This document shows, in pieces, positions 1 through 9,754 of a stretch of 64,000 nt of DNA. Location: positions 736,001 through 800,000 of the forward strand of contig CAVZQC010000002.1 in assembly GCA_963777315.1 (NCBI GenBank), in the 5' to 3' direction. The notes below the pieces were generated by a model. The model ran no database searches, was not told the origin of the DNA, and saw only the letters and a program-made list of their open reading frames with translations. Source of the stretch: Vulcanimicrobiota bacterium (GTDB lineage Bacteria; Vulcanimicrobiota; Vulcanimicrobiia; Vulcanimicrobiales; Vulcanimicrobiaceae). The position numbers were made by a program, and so were the translations under genes. The stretch's first letter is position 1. Each line of letters begins with the position of its first letter.

Positions 1-979
1 CCGCAATCCCGATGCCTCGATGCGCGATTTTCTGATGGACGATTACCTTCGGCTCGGTTTGCTCGCAGCCTTGGATGCCGTCGAGCGCATCACCGGCAGC
101 GCCAAGACGAACGTTGCCGCGCTGTGCCTGGGCGGCACGCTCGCGCTGATTTTTTTGGCATATCTTGCCGCGCACGGGCAAGAACATCGCATCGGCAGCG
201 CGACGCTGACCAATTCCCTGATCGATTTTTCCGAACCCGGAGATTTGGGCGTGTTTACCGACGAATCGACCATCGCCCGTTTGGAAACGCGCATGCAGCA
301 GCGTGGGTATCTGGACTCGAGCGAAATGGCCGGAACGTTCGACTGGATGCGGTCGAACGATTTGATCTGGAGCTACGTCGTCAACAACTGGTTCATGGGA
401 AAACGCCCGCCCGCATTCGACATCCTGACGTGGAACGGCGACTCGACGCGCATGCCGGCCGCCATGCACTCTCAATATCTGCGCGCCTGTTATCTCCACA
501 ACTCGATCGCTTCACCGGGCAAATTCGTCATCGACGGAACGCCGATCGATTTAGGCGCGATTCGCGCGCCGCTCTACGTGCTGGGCGCAGAAGCGGATCA
601 CATCGCGCCTTGGCGTTCGACGTATCGCACCGTCAATTTGACCGGCAGCGATCACGTCAAGTACACGCTGACCAATTCCGGGCATATCGCCGGCATCGTC
701 AATCCGCCCGGCAATCCCAAATCGAAACACTGGACGAAAGATCGCGCCCTTCGCACGCAAAGCGCGGACGAATGGCGTGAGTCGGCTGAGCGCGTCGACG
801 ACAGTTGGTGGAACGACTGGGCAGCGTGGGCGCAGGAAAGAGGCGGCGAGGCTGTCTCACCGTACGAGCTTCCTTCCGGTGAGCCGGCGCCGGGGCGCTA
901 CGTGCGCAATGAGACGGGACCCGCCTACGATCCGATCGACCGGCAGCTCCGAAAGAAAGCCGCGGCCGATGAGCCGTAA
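1..979 (+). CDS. phaC: Polyhydroxyalkanoate synthase (class I/II), 5'-truncated by window edge
   Basis: Lipase-box-like ALCLGG (catalytic Cys), DHIAPW (Asp), SGHIAG (His), RSNDLIWSYVVNNW, WNGDSTRMP, APGRYV; the frame is open before position 20. Confidence 0.93.
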   Translation, partial: RNPDASMRDFLMDDYLRLGLLAALDAVERITGSAKTNVAALCLGGTLALIFLAYLAAHGQEHRIGSATLTNSLIDFSEPGDLGVFTDESTIARLETRMQQRGYLDSSEMAGTFDWMRSNDLIWSYVVNNWFMGKRPPAFDILTWNGDSTRMPAAMHSQYLRACYLHNSIASPGKFVIDGTPIDLGAIRAPLYVLGAEADHIAPWRSTYRTVNLTGSDHVKYTLTNSGHIAGIVNPPGNPKSKHWTKDRALRTQSADEWRESAERVDDSWWNDWAAWAQERGGEAVSPYELPSGEPAPGRYVRNETGPAYDPIDRQLRKKAAADEP

Positions 980-1322
980 CGAAAAAGCCTGGAACGCGCT
1001 CGGCGAGTTCATCAAGAGCCAGCGCGAGCTGGCCAACCTGTCCCTGCGGCAGCTGGCCGAAATCGCCAACGTCTCCAACCCCTACCTGGGACAGGTGGAA
1101 CGGGGCCTGTACAAGCCCTCGGCCGACGTACTCAAAAACATCGCGAACGCGCTGCAGATTTCGGCCGAAACGATGTACGCTCAGGCGGGATTGCTCGACG
1201 AAGACTCCAAGGTGCCGCCCGGTCGTGACGTTGAGCAGGCAATTAGGCTCGACTCCAATCTGAGCACGGATCAGAAGGACACGCTCATTCGGATCTACCG
1301 TGGCTTCCTCGACCGCACTTGA
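969..1322 (+). CDS. XRE-family HTH regulator resembling mycobacterial Rv0474 / Rhodococcus MLDSR
   Basis: ATG at 969 overlaps the phaC end; LGEFIKSQRE..LSLRQLAE..VSNPYLGQVERG..KPSADVL. Confidence 0.88.
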   Translation: MSRNEKAWNALGEFIKSQRELANLSLRQLAEIANVSNPYLGQVERGLYKPSADVLKNIANALQISAETMYAQAGLLDEDSKVPPGRDVEQAIRLDSNLSTDQKDTLIRIYRGFLDRT

Positions 1323-1348
1323 CGTATACAGCATGTGCTTGGTATACT
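1319..1348 (+). promoter_or_regulatory. Sigma70-type promoter of the phasin-like gene, overlapped by an inverted repeat
   Basis: TTGACG-N18-TATACT with TG before the -10; contains GTATAC-AGCA-tg-TGCT-tg-GTATAC. Confidence 0.65.
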
Positions 1349-1384
1349 TAGCGCATCCCAATCCGCCGAGAAAGTACGAGACGC

Positions 1385-1681
1385 ATGACCACCGATTTCG
1401 ACCAGTTCATCAACAAATTCCAAGACGAAACCCTCAAGGCCGTCAAGCAGGCCCAGGACACGAACGTGGCCGCCCTTGCGCAGGCGCGCGAGCTCTTCGC
1501 CGAGATGGCGACCTTCGACAAGGTCCCGACGCTCGAAAGCCTTCCGACGCCCTCCAAATTCGTCGAAATGAGCTTCGATTATGCCGGCAAGTTCTTCGAG
1601 CTGCGCAAGCAGTACGCGCTGGCGGTGACCGATCTGTTCACCGCAGTTCAAAAGGATGCGGCCGCTACCGTTCGCGGTTAA
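1385..1681 (+). CDS. Small amphipathic helical protein, putative phasin / granule-associated protein
   Basis: 98 aa, Ala/Gln/Lys-rich and helical, strong codon bias, next to phaC. Confidence 0.6.
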   Translation: MTTDFDQFINKFQDETLKAVKQAQDTNVAALAQARELFAEMATFDKVPTLESLPTPSKFVEMSFDYAGKFFELRKQYALAVTDLFTAVQKDAAATVRG

Positions 1682-1705
1682 GAGCTAGCACTATCGCGGC
1701 AGGCG

Positions 1706-3807
1706 ATGCCGCGTAAGCTGCGACTTGGCATCGACGTCGGTGGAACGTTCACCGACGTCGTCGCCATCGACTCGCAGACTCGCGGCGTCGTCGCCCGTAT
1801 CAAAGTTCCCACCACCCATTCGGCCGCCGAAGGCGTTGCAGCCGGCATCATTGTCGGTATCGAGGCGCTGTTTGCGCAAAACGACATTGCGCCCGACGAA
1901 GTTGGCTTCATCGCGCATTCGACGACGCAAGCCACCAATGCATTGCTGGAAGGCGACGTTGCGTTCGTCGGCGTGCTCGGATTACTCGATCGGTTTGCGC
2001 CGCTGGCGCGCGCTCGGATGCACTTTCCGCGCGTATTCCTCGCGCCCGGCGTCCCCTTTGAGACGCGCTTTGCGTTCGTGCGTGCAGGCAGCGCCGCCGC
2101 AGCGCAGGCGGCAATTGCGTCGCTCGCTCAGGCCGGCGTGCAGGCCGTCGCAGTGTCCCAAGCTTTTTCCGTCGACCGTCCCGATGCAGGAGCTGAAGGC
2201 CGTGGCGCAAGCGCGCGCGCTGGGACTGTACGCTGCCGCGGGACATGAAGTCAGACTCGATGTATGGGTTGCGCGCGCGAACGCGAACCGCCGCGCTGAA
2301 CGCCGCGATCCTGCCGCGCATGGTAAAAACCGCGCGCATGACCGACGACGCCGTCAAGCGCGCCGGGATCGAAGCGCCGTTGATGGTCATGCGCAGCGAC
2401 GGCGGCGTGATGGACCTGCGCGAAATCGAGCGCCGTCCGATTCTCACGATGCTCTCGGGTCCGGCCGCCGGCGTGGCCGGCGCGTTACTGCACGAAAACG
2501 TTACGGACGGAATCTTCGTCGAGGTCGGCGGCACGAGCTCGGATTGCTCGGCAATCCGCGCCGGCATGCCGCAGATGCGCCCCGCCCGCGTCGGCGGCCA
2601 TCGTACGATGCTGCGAACGTTGGACGTACGCACCTTGGCGATCGCCGGCGGCAGCATGCTGCGCATAGGCGGCTCGGCCATTATCGACGTAGGACCGCGT
2701 TCGGCGCACATTGCCGGCCTCAAGTATGCGAGCTTCGTGCCCGCCGAGCTCTTCGACGGCGCGCGCGTCGAGCGTATCGCACCCACGCATCGCGACCCAT
2801 CCGATTATGCAGCGATCGTTGCGCGTGATGGGACGCGCATCGCGCTCACGCCCACGTGCGCTGCGAATATGCTGGACTGCGCGCCGGAGGGATCGTTCGC
2901 GCGGGGCAACCCCGAGTCCGCACGGCGCGGGTTTATCGTTTTAGCGCAACATCTGCGGGCGGACGCAAACGAGCTCGCGCGTCGAACGCTGGATGTTGCA
3001 ACCACGAAACTGATTGCGGCCGTCGAGGAACTGATCGCGGACTACGGCCTGGATCGCCGCACGCTCGTGGTGGTCGGGGGCGGAGGTGGCGCCGCCGCGC
3101 TCGTGCCTTACGCCGCCCAAAAAACCGGCCTGGAGTTTCGGCTCGCTCGCGACGCCGAGGTGATTTCGCCAATCGGCGTAGCGCTCGCGCTGCTGCGCGA
3201 GGTCGTCGAACGCACAATAGTCGATCCGTCGGCAGAAGACATCATGCGCATCCGCCGCCGCGCTCAGGACGCCGTAATCGCAGCCGGCGCATCGCCGGAG
3301 CGCGTCGAGGTCGCGGTTGAAATCGACGTCCACCGCAATCTGGTGCGAGCCGAAGCATCCGGCGCAGTGGAGATCGCGCAGACTGCCGCGCAAACCGCGC
3401 AAACCGACGAACAACTGCTGCACAGCGCGGCGCGTTTGCTGCGCGGCGAGGTTGGAACCGTCAGACGGGTAGCGGCGACCGACGCTCTGAGCGTTTTCAA
3501 ACGCGCGCGTGACGTGCGCGTGCTCGATCGCACCGGTGTGGGCCGGTTGTCGCTGCGCGATCCGCTGGTCTGCCAAACGTCCGCCGGCGCGGCGCTGGAG
3601 TCGCTGCGGCAAGCCGTCGAAGACGCAACCGCGTTCGGCGACGTCGGGCGATCGCTTCCGGGCATCTACGTGCTGCACGGCGCGCGCATCGCGGATTTCA
3701 GCGGGCTGGCCGCTGCCGATCAAGCAATTGCGCTGGCCTCCGAAGAGCTCCAAGGTCGCGAATCCGAAGCTCCAGTAGTGATTTTGACCGCTTCGCGCCC
3801 GGCGTAA
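1706..3807 (+). pseudogene. Hydantoinase/oxoprolinase-family protein split by two +1 frameshifts (or sequencing errors)
   Basis: GIDVGGTFTD, HSTTQATNALLE, MRSDGG, SGPAAG, EVGGTS. Removing one base near 2180-2186 and one near 2255 restores ..DRP-QELKAVAQARALGLYAAAGHEVSSMYGLRART.. Confidence 0.8.
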
Positions 3808-3861
3808 CTTCTCACCGAACCGCAGAGGCTGCGGCTGCGTCGTGCTCGATGCGAAAAACCC

Positions 3862-4782
3862 TTAGGTAGTCAAGTACTCGGCGCGAAAGGCCGCCGCGAT
3901 CTCGCGAACGATCCTGTGATCGTTGGGAATGCTTAGCCTTCGGGCAGGCCCTGTCGGCGTGTTGTTGCAGTCGCAAACGTACAGCCGCCCATCCGTGGGA
4001 TCGCGCAGGACGTCCAAGGCTCCAAAATCTAGACCCATGCGGTCGCAAAAAGCGCTCAGCAGTTCCTGCTCCCGGCGGCTGAACGTTTCGTTCAGCGACG
4101 CCATCTCGGGACGTTTGAATATCCGGAAACGATCGTCGGCCGGCGCGTACGCGCCAAATACCGCAACCGGTTTGCCGCCGACGATGAACAGGCGCCATTC
4201 CAGGATGCCGCCGGGCGTGTAATTTGAGATCACCCGCTGATACACATAGCCGGGTTCGACCTGGCTGAGCGGTCCTTCGAGCAGCACGCCGTCGTGCGTA
4301 CCGTTGCGCTCGGACTTGCGAAATATCGTACCGGCGTATGTCGCGGGATCGATCTGCAGACCGTAGCCGAAGACTGCGCGGAACTGCTCGTCGACCACGG
4401 ACTTGCGGATGTCGGTGCAGCGCGCGTTGAGAACGCGCATGTGCTTGCGCAGATCGTGCAGGACCGGGTCGAGCGAACAGCTCGTGGCCGGACTCCAGGC
4501 GATGGCGAGAGCAGCTTTCTCCGGCTCCCTGCCGGAAACGCGCAAGTCGCAGGCGGCGAAGACTTTCCAGGCGACATACACGTCGGCAGCCTGATAGTAG
4601 TCCATCGGCAGCGGGTGCACGAAGATCGTGCTCGGGCGCCGGAACGCCGCGCGCACCAAAAACGGCACCCTGTAGACGAAGAATGCGCGCGCACGCAGTC
4701 TGGTCTCGCGCGCGAGCGGCACGAGAAACGCGCGGCTGGTGTATTTTTTCGGATTGCGAACCAGCTTGAGAAGCCGGATCAC
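3862..4782 (-). CDS. Hypothetical protein with ATP-grasp-like C-terminal motifs
   Basis: YVYQRVI, EWRLFIVGG, DFGALDVLRD..GRLYVCDCNNTP. Confidence 0.6.
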   Translation of the reverse strand: MIRLLKLVRNPKKYTSRAFLVPLARETRLRARAFFVYRVPFLVRAAFRRPSTIFVHPLPMDYYQAADVYVAWKVFAACDLRVSGREPEKAALAIAWSPATSCSLDPVLHDLRKHMRVLNARCTDIRKSVVDEQFRAVFGYGLQIDPATYAGTIFRKSERNGTHDGVLLEGPLSQVEPGYVYQRVISNYTPGGILEWRLFIVGGKPVAVFGAYAPADDRFRIFKRPEMASLNETFSRREQELLSAFCDRMGLDFGALDVLRDPTDGRLYVCDCNNTPTGPARRLSIPNDHRIVREIAAAFRAEYLTT

Positions 4783-4788
4783 GAAGCG

Positions 4789-6324
4789 CTAATTCACTCG
4801 CGGTTGGACCGGGGCCAGTCCTTCGGTGGCTTGAAGCGCTACGGTGCTCTTGCGCCGCCCGTATGCAAAGTAGAAGACCAGTCCGACGACGAGCCAGATG
4901 AGGAACACCAGCCAAACGAACGGGAAGAATCCCCACGCCAGCGGGTTGTAGTATCTCAGGAAGTACATCAGACCGAGCGCGGTGAGCGCGGCCAGCACGG
5001 GGACGACGTAGGGCCCCAGAGGAACGGTAAACGCGCCCTTCAGGTCGGGATGCCGCTTGCGCAGCACCGGCACGGCGATCGAGACCAGCACGAAAGCGGC
5101 CAGCGTGCCCATGTTGGTGACCGAACCAAGGATGTTGATTGGCGTGAGCGCTGCAATCACGGCGATGCAGATTCCAAAGAAAACGGTCGAGAAAATCGGC
5201 GTGCGCCACGTCGGGTGCACTTTTGTGAACGATGGGGGAATCAATTTGTCGCGCGACATCGCGAAGAAGATGCGGCTTTGTCCGAACATCATGACCAGGA
5301 GCACCGTCGTTAGGCCGGCTAGAGCTCCGAACGAGATGATGGCGGATGCGGTCGGCCCCCACGTAAGTCCCATTCGCAGCGCCGCATCGGCGACCGGATT
5401 GGTGACGTTGAGCGTGTAGTACGGGACCACGCCATTGAGTACCGCAACGACTATGATGTACAGTATCGTGCAGATCCCTAAGCTCATTAGGATGCCGAAC
5501 GGGAGATCCCGGCCCGGATTTTTCGCTTCCTCGGCGGTAGTTGAAACAGCGTCGAAACCGATGTACGCGAAGAAAATAAATGCCGCTCCAGCGAACACGC
5601 CGCCTACGCCGAACGGAAAATACCCACCAAGGTCCATCCCGTTTCCGGTCGGGAGCTCATGCGGCGGCAGCGCATAGTTGATGCCGTGGATGTGGCCGGC
5701 CCCAATCGCGATAAAAAACAGCACGATGCAGATTTTAATCGCTACGATGACGGCGTTGACCGCTCCGGACTCCCGCGTCCCGCGCACGAGCAGCGCCGTT
5801 ACGATCAGGATGATAATCGCTGCCGGAAGATTTGCGTGTCCCGCTACCCCCGCTTGTCCTGCCAGCCCCCAGTGCGGTCCATTCGCCCACTGCGTGGGAA
5901 TGTGCCAGCCGAGCACACCGGCAAGGCTGGCAAAGTACCCGCTCCAGCCGACGCTTACGGTGGCCGCGCCGAGCGCATATTCCAGCACCAGATCCCAGCC
6001 GATGATCCATGCCAGAATTTCGCCCAGCGTGGCGTACGTGTACGTATACGCGCTGCCCGAGATCGGGATCTTGCTGGAAACTTCGGCATAGCATAGCGCG
6101 GCGAGCGCGCTCACGATGCCGGCGACCACGAAAGAAATCGTGAGCGCTGGACCCGCGCGAGTCGCCGATGCGACGCCGGTGAGCACGAAGATGCCGGTGC
6201 CGATGATGGCGCCGATGCCCATGGCGGTCAGCGCCCACGGTCCGAGCGAACGTCGTAAACCATGTTGTTCGTCGCTGCCCTCGGCGAGGATTCGCGAGAG
6301 CGGTTTCACACGTTGTAGCAGCAT
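4789..6324 (-). CDS. APC-family amino acid permease
   Basis: GAIIGTGIF, GSAYTYTY, FFAYIGFD, AEEAKNP; about 12-13 TM segments. Confidence 0.93.
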   Translation of the reverse strand: MLLQRVKPLSRILAEGSDEQHGLRRSLGPWALTAMGIGAIIGTGIFVLTGVASATRAGPALTISFVVAGIVSALAALCYAEVSSKIPISGSAYTYTYATLGEILAWIIGWDLVLEYALGAATVSVGWSGYFASLAGVLGWHIPTQWANGPHWGLAGQAGVAGHANLPAAIIILIVTALLVRGTRESGAVNAVIVAIKICIVLFFIAIGAGHIHGINYALPPHELPTGNGMDLGGYFPFGVGGVFAGAAFIFFAYIGFDAVSTTAEEAKNPGRDLPFGILMSLGICTILYIIVVAVLNGVVPYYTLNVTNPVADAALRMGLTWGPTASAIISFGALAGLTTVLLVMMFGQSRIFFAMSRDKLIPPSFTKVHPTWRTPIFSTVFFGICIAVIAALTPINILGSVTNMGTLAAFVLVSIAVPVLRKRHPDLKGAFTVPLGPYVVPVLAALTALGLMYFLRYYNPLAWGFFPFVWLVFLIWLVVGLVFYFAYGRRKSTVALQATEGLAPVQPRVN

Positions 6325-6371
6325 GTAAGGAACGGGAATTTACCGTCGCCGGTCGTCTCCCTGGTCGGCGC

Positions 6372-7088
6372 TCATTCCGGACGTGAAAATGCCACGTACA
6401 ACCCGCGCCCGGGCGTGAGGCCGTTCTCGTCGTAGTCGAAAAACAAGCGCGCCCGCCGAAACGCCTCGCGGTACTCCTCGTCGTTGAACAGCGTCAGGCG
6501 ATGGGGCTCGGTGAACGTGCGGATGCCGTCGCGCGAGGCAATCATATAATGAAAGTTCAAGATCGAGATGTTTCCGTCGCGCCGGGCCACGCTCATGCGC
6601 GCGACCTTGAGGTCGTTTTCATCGACGAACAGCGCGTTGACCTGGCCGTCCTTCCAGTCTTCGGGACGCACCCACGGCTCGATGATCACCACGCCTCCCG
6701 GACGCAGATGCCGGGCGAAGGTTTGCAGCGCCTGCTGCAGCCTCTGCACGTTGGGCGCATAGCCGATGGAGCCGAACAAGCAAATGACGGCGTCGAAACG
6801 ATTGGCCAAATTGAAACCGATCATGTCGCCCAAATGAAACGTCACGCCGGGGTTTCGCTCGCGCGCCAAGTCCAACATCGTACGGTCGACGTCGAGGCCT
6901 TCGCACGCGTAACGATCGCTCAGCGCTTCGATGTGCCGGCCGGTACCGCAACCGACGTCGAGCAATGCGTTTCCACCCGAGCGGCAACGCTCGGAGATGA
7001 TGCGATCGATCCGCGCGGCTTCCTGTTCGTACTGTTTGCCGAGCGCGCGATAGAGCGAATCATAATATTTTGCCGATTGACTGTACAT
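6372..7088 (-). CDS. Class I SAM-dependent methyltransferase (TylM1/DesVI-like)
   Basis: YYDSLY, LLDVGCGTGRH, FDAVICLFGSIGY, LRPGGVVIIEPW; the start could instead be 7097. Confidence 0.85.
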   Translation of the reverse strand: MYSQSAKYYDSLYRALGKQYEQEAARIDRIISERCRSGGNALLDVGCGTGRHIEALSDRYACEGLDVDRTMLDLARERNPGVTFHLGDMIGFNLANRFDAVICLFGSIGYAPNVQRLQQALQTFARHLRPGGVVIIEPWVRPEDWKDGQVNALFVDENDLKVARMSVARRDGNISILNFHYMIASRDGIRTFTEPHRLTLFNDEEYREAFRRARLFFDYDENGLTPGRGLYVAFSRPE

Positions 7089-7173
7089 CTGCAGCATTTC
7101 CTTTTGGCTCCGAGCACGGGGAGCCTGCGAAACGCGGGCCGGACAAGTGCCATGCGCGTCGAACCGCCGCAGC

Positions 7174-8517
7174 ATGAAATCTCAGTTCGACGCGATCGTC
7201 GTCGGCGGCGGAAACGCCGGATGTGCCGCAGCACTGGCCGCAGCGCGCCGCGGAGCGCGAACGTTGCTCGTCGAGCGCTACGGTTTTTTGGGCGGGACCG
7301 CGACCGCGGCGATGGTCGGGCCTTGGATGACGTTTCACTCAGGGAGCAAGCGCATTGTCGGGGGAATCGCCAACGAAATCGTCGAGCGCCTGCAGCGCAA
7401 AGGCGGATCGCCCGGACACATCTACGATTCGTCGGATTACGTTTCCACGATTACGCCGTTCGATCCGGAAATCCACAAAGCGCTGCTGTTCGAGATGATG
7501 CAGGAGTCCGGCGTCGAGCTACTGCTGCACGCGTACTTCCTGCGTGCGCTCAGCGTGCAGGCCGGCGAAGTGGCGGGCGCCGTGTTTGCCACCGTCGCCG
7601 GCGAGCGCGAGTATCGTGCCGCCGTCACGATCGATGCGACGGCTGATGCGTACGTCGCTGCGTCGGCCGGCGTCGCCACTCAGCAAGGCGACGAGCGCGG
7701 ACGGGTTCAGCCGGCCAGCTTGATGTTTCGTTTGAGCCACGTCGATCTGCAAAAGACGGCGACGTACGTTCGTATGCATCCCGATCAGATGCGCACGTCG
7801 CTCAAAACGCACGAGCGTACGGCGACTTCCCTTACGGCGGTCGCCGGACTGTACGACCTCTGGCATGGCGCGCTCGAAGAGGGTGAAGTGAACGTTCCGC
7901 GCGAGCTGGTGTCGTTCTTCATCACTCCGTATGCGGATGAAGTAACGGTGAACATGACGCGCGTGACCGGCATCGATCCGCTCGATCCCGACGATCTCAC
8001 GCGCGCGGAGATCGAGTCGCGCATGCAGGTCATGCAGTTGCTGGAGTTTTTTCGCAAACGCGTGCCGGGCTTCGAAGACGCGCGGCTGGCCGCCACCGGC
8101 ACTCAGGTGGGGATTCGCGAATCGCGCCGCATCGTGGGCGAGTACACGCTCACGCGTGACGACGTACTGCAGGCGCGCCATTTCGACGATGCCGTTGCGC
8201 GCAGCGCCTATCCGATCGACATTCACAATCCCGCGGGCAGCGGCACCGCCACGCATCGCTTGCCGCCCGGTGAAAGTTATGAGATACCCTACCGGTGTCT
8301 GGTTCCCCGAACCGTCGAACGGCTTTTGGTCGCCGGGCGCTGCATCTCGACGACCCACGAAGCGCTTGCATCGACGCGCCTGACGCCGACGGTGATGACG
8401 CTCGGCCAAGCCGCCGGAACCGCTGCCGCCCTCGCGCTGAAAACTCGCAGAGCAGTGCGCGCTATCGATACCGGGCTGCTGCGCGATGCGCTCGCTGCCG
8501 ACGGTGTGCTGCTGTAG
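7174..8517 (+). CDS. FAD-dependent oxidoreductase (FAD_oxidored-type)
   Basis: VVGGGNAGCAAA, IDATADA, GIRESRRIVG, YEIPYRCL, LVAGRCIS. Confidence 0.9.
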   Translation: MKSQFDAIVVGGGNAGCAAALAAARRGARTLLVERYGFLGGTATAAMVGPWMTFHSGSKRIVGGIANEIVERLQRKGGSPGHIYDSSDYVSTITPFDPEIHKALLFEMMQESGVELLLHAYFLRALSVQAGEVAGAVFATVAGEREYRAAVTIDATADAYVAASAGVATQQGDERGRVQPASLMFRLSHVDLQKTATYVRMHPDQMRTSLKTHERTATSLTAVAGLYDLWHGALEEGEVNVPRELVSFFITPYADEVTVNMTRVTGIDPLDPDDLTRAEIESRMQVMQLLEFFRKRVPGFEDARLAATGTQVGIRESRRIVGEYTLTRDDVLQARHFDDAVARSAYPIDIHNPAGSGTATHRLPPGESYEIPYRCLVPRTVERLLVAGRCISTTHEALASTRLTPTVMTLGQAAGTAAALALKTRRAVRAIDTGLLRDALAADGVLL

Positions 8518-8823
8518 ATGACTTCGCCGTTCGAACTGGCGCAGCGTTACGGCATCGAGGTAAGCTATGCCGATTTGGGCGACTGGGGCGCACACGAGCT
8601 GCGCTCGGAATACGATCCCGGCGGTTCGAGCGGTCCGGTGATTCGCATCAACGTGCGAGTCGTCGCTCGACTTTCACCCAGCCGAGCTGCATGGTTTTGC
8701 GCGATCGCCGTTGCGCACGAGCTGTATCATCATCGCGAACACTTGGGTGAAGTCCCGACCTACGCTCGCCGTACGGATCGCGAGCGCGCGGCCGACGAGT
8801 TCGCGAGATCGCTGGTGCGCTAA
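8518..8823 (+). CDS. Small HExxH protein (ImmA/IrrE metallopeptidase-like)
   Basis: AIAVAHELYHH followed by ERAADEFA; abuts both neighbouring genes. Confidence 0.6.
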   Translation: MTSPFELAQRYGIEVSYADLGDWGAHELRSEYDPGGSSGPVIRINVRVVARLSPSRAAWFCAIAVAHELYHHREHLGEVPTYARRTDRERAADEFARSLVR

Positions 8824-8824
8824 T

Positions 8825-9754
8825 ATGCGCTATTACGCCGGAATCGACGGAGGCCAAACGTCCACCATCGCGGTTATAGCCGATGAAACGGGACGCATTC
8901 TCGGGCGCGGCAAGGGCGCGGCAGCCGACGAAGTCGGTCAGGGCCCGGATTCAACGCGTTTGCACGATGCGCTGAGCGATTCGCTGCGCGCCGCCGTTGC
9001 GCAGGCGCAGCTCCCGCAGCCGACGCGTTTCGCTCGCATCGTCGCGGGCATAAGCGGCTACCAAGGACGCCCGCACGGGCGGCAACCGCAATTGCCTGCC
9101 GACGAAATCACGCTCGAGCACGATGCGCCGATAGCCCACTGCGGCGCGTTCGCCGGCGGCCCTGGAGTCATCGTTATCGCAGGAACCGGTTCGGTCGCGT
9201 ACGCAGTGAACGAGCGCGGCGCGCGCTCGCTGACCGGCGGATGGGGATACTTGTTCGGCGACGAGGGCAGCGGGTTCGCGCTTGCGCGCAGCGCAATATC
9301 CGATGCGATGCGCGACGCCGATGCGGGCAGGCTCAACGAGCTTGCGTCTCCGGCGCTGCAGCATTTCGATTGCCGTTCGCTGCGCGACTTGGCGCGAGAA
9401 TTTTACGCCGGCCGGATATCTCGAACTCAGCTCGCAGCGTTTGCAGCCGTCGTTGCCGAGCACGCCGAACGCGGAAGCGCAGCGGCTTTGCAGTACCTCG
9501 ACCGGTGCGCCGATGCGCTCGTGCAACTGACGGCGCAAGCGCTCGAGCGCGCGGACATGCAATCCGATGCGGCACGCGTCGCATTTACAGGGGGCATGGT
9601 TGAGAACTGCGCGATATTCGCAGCGCTCAAGCAGGGTATGCGCGTGCAGGTGCCGCTCGCGCACGTAGTGCGGCCGTGCTACGATCCCGCAATCGGTGCG
9701 TTGCTGCTTGCGTACCGGGCCGACGGCATCGAAACGAGCGGCATCGCCCAATGA
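8825..9754 (+). CDS. BadF/BadG/BcrA/BcrD-family sugar (GlcNAc/MurNAc-type) kinase
   Basis: GIDGGQTST, IAGTGS, GGWGYLFGDEGSG. Confidence 0.88.
   Translation: MRYYAGIDGGQTSTIAVIADETGRILGRGKGAAADEVGQGPDSTRLHDALSDSLRAAVAQAQLPQPTRFARIVAGISGYQGRPHGRQPQLPADEITLEHDAPIAHCGAFAGGPGVIVIAGTGSVAYAVNERGARSLTGGWGYLFGDEGSGFALARSAISDAMRDADAGRLNELASPALQHFDCRSLRDLAREFYAGRISRTQLAAFAAVVAEHAERGSAAALQYLDRCADALVQLTAQALERADMQSDAARVAFTGGMVENCAIFAALKQGMRVQVPLAHVVRPCYDPAIGALLLAYRADGIETSGIAQ

Noticed and set aside
777..968. N-terminal extension of the XRE ORF in the track
   Set aside because: Lies inside phaC; family similarity starts at ATG 969
2175..2260. Programmed frameshifting in the hydantoinase gene
   Set aside because: No slippery heptamer, and two successive shifts would be needed
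6372..7088. TylM1-like methyltransferase as a sign of a glycosylated natural-product cluster
   Set aside because: No NDP-sugar, PKS or NRPS genes nearby
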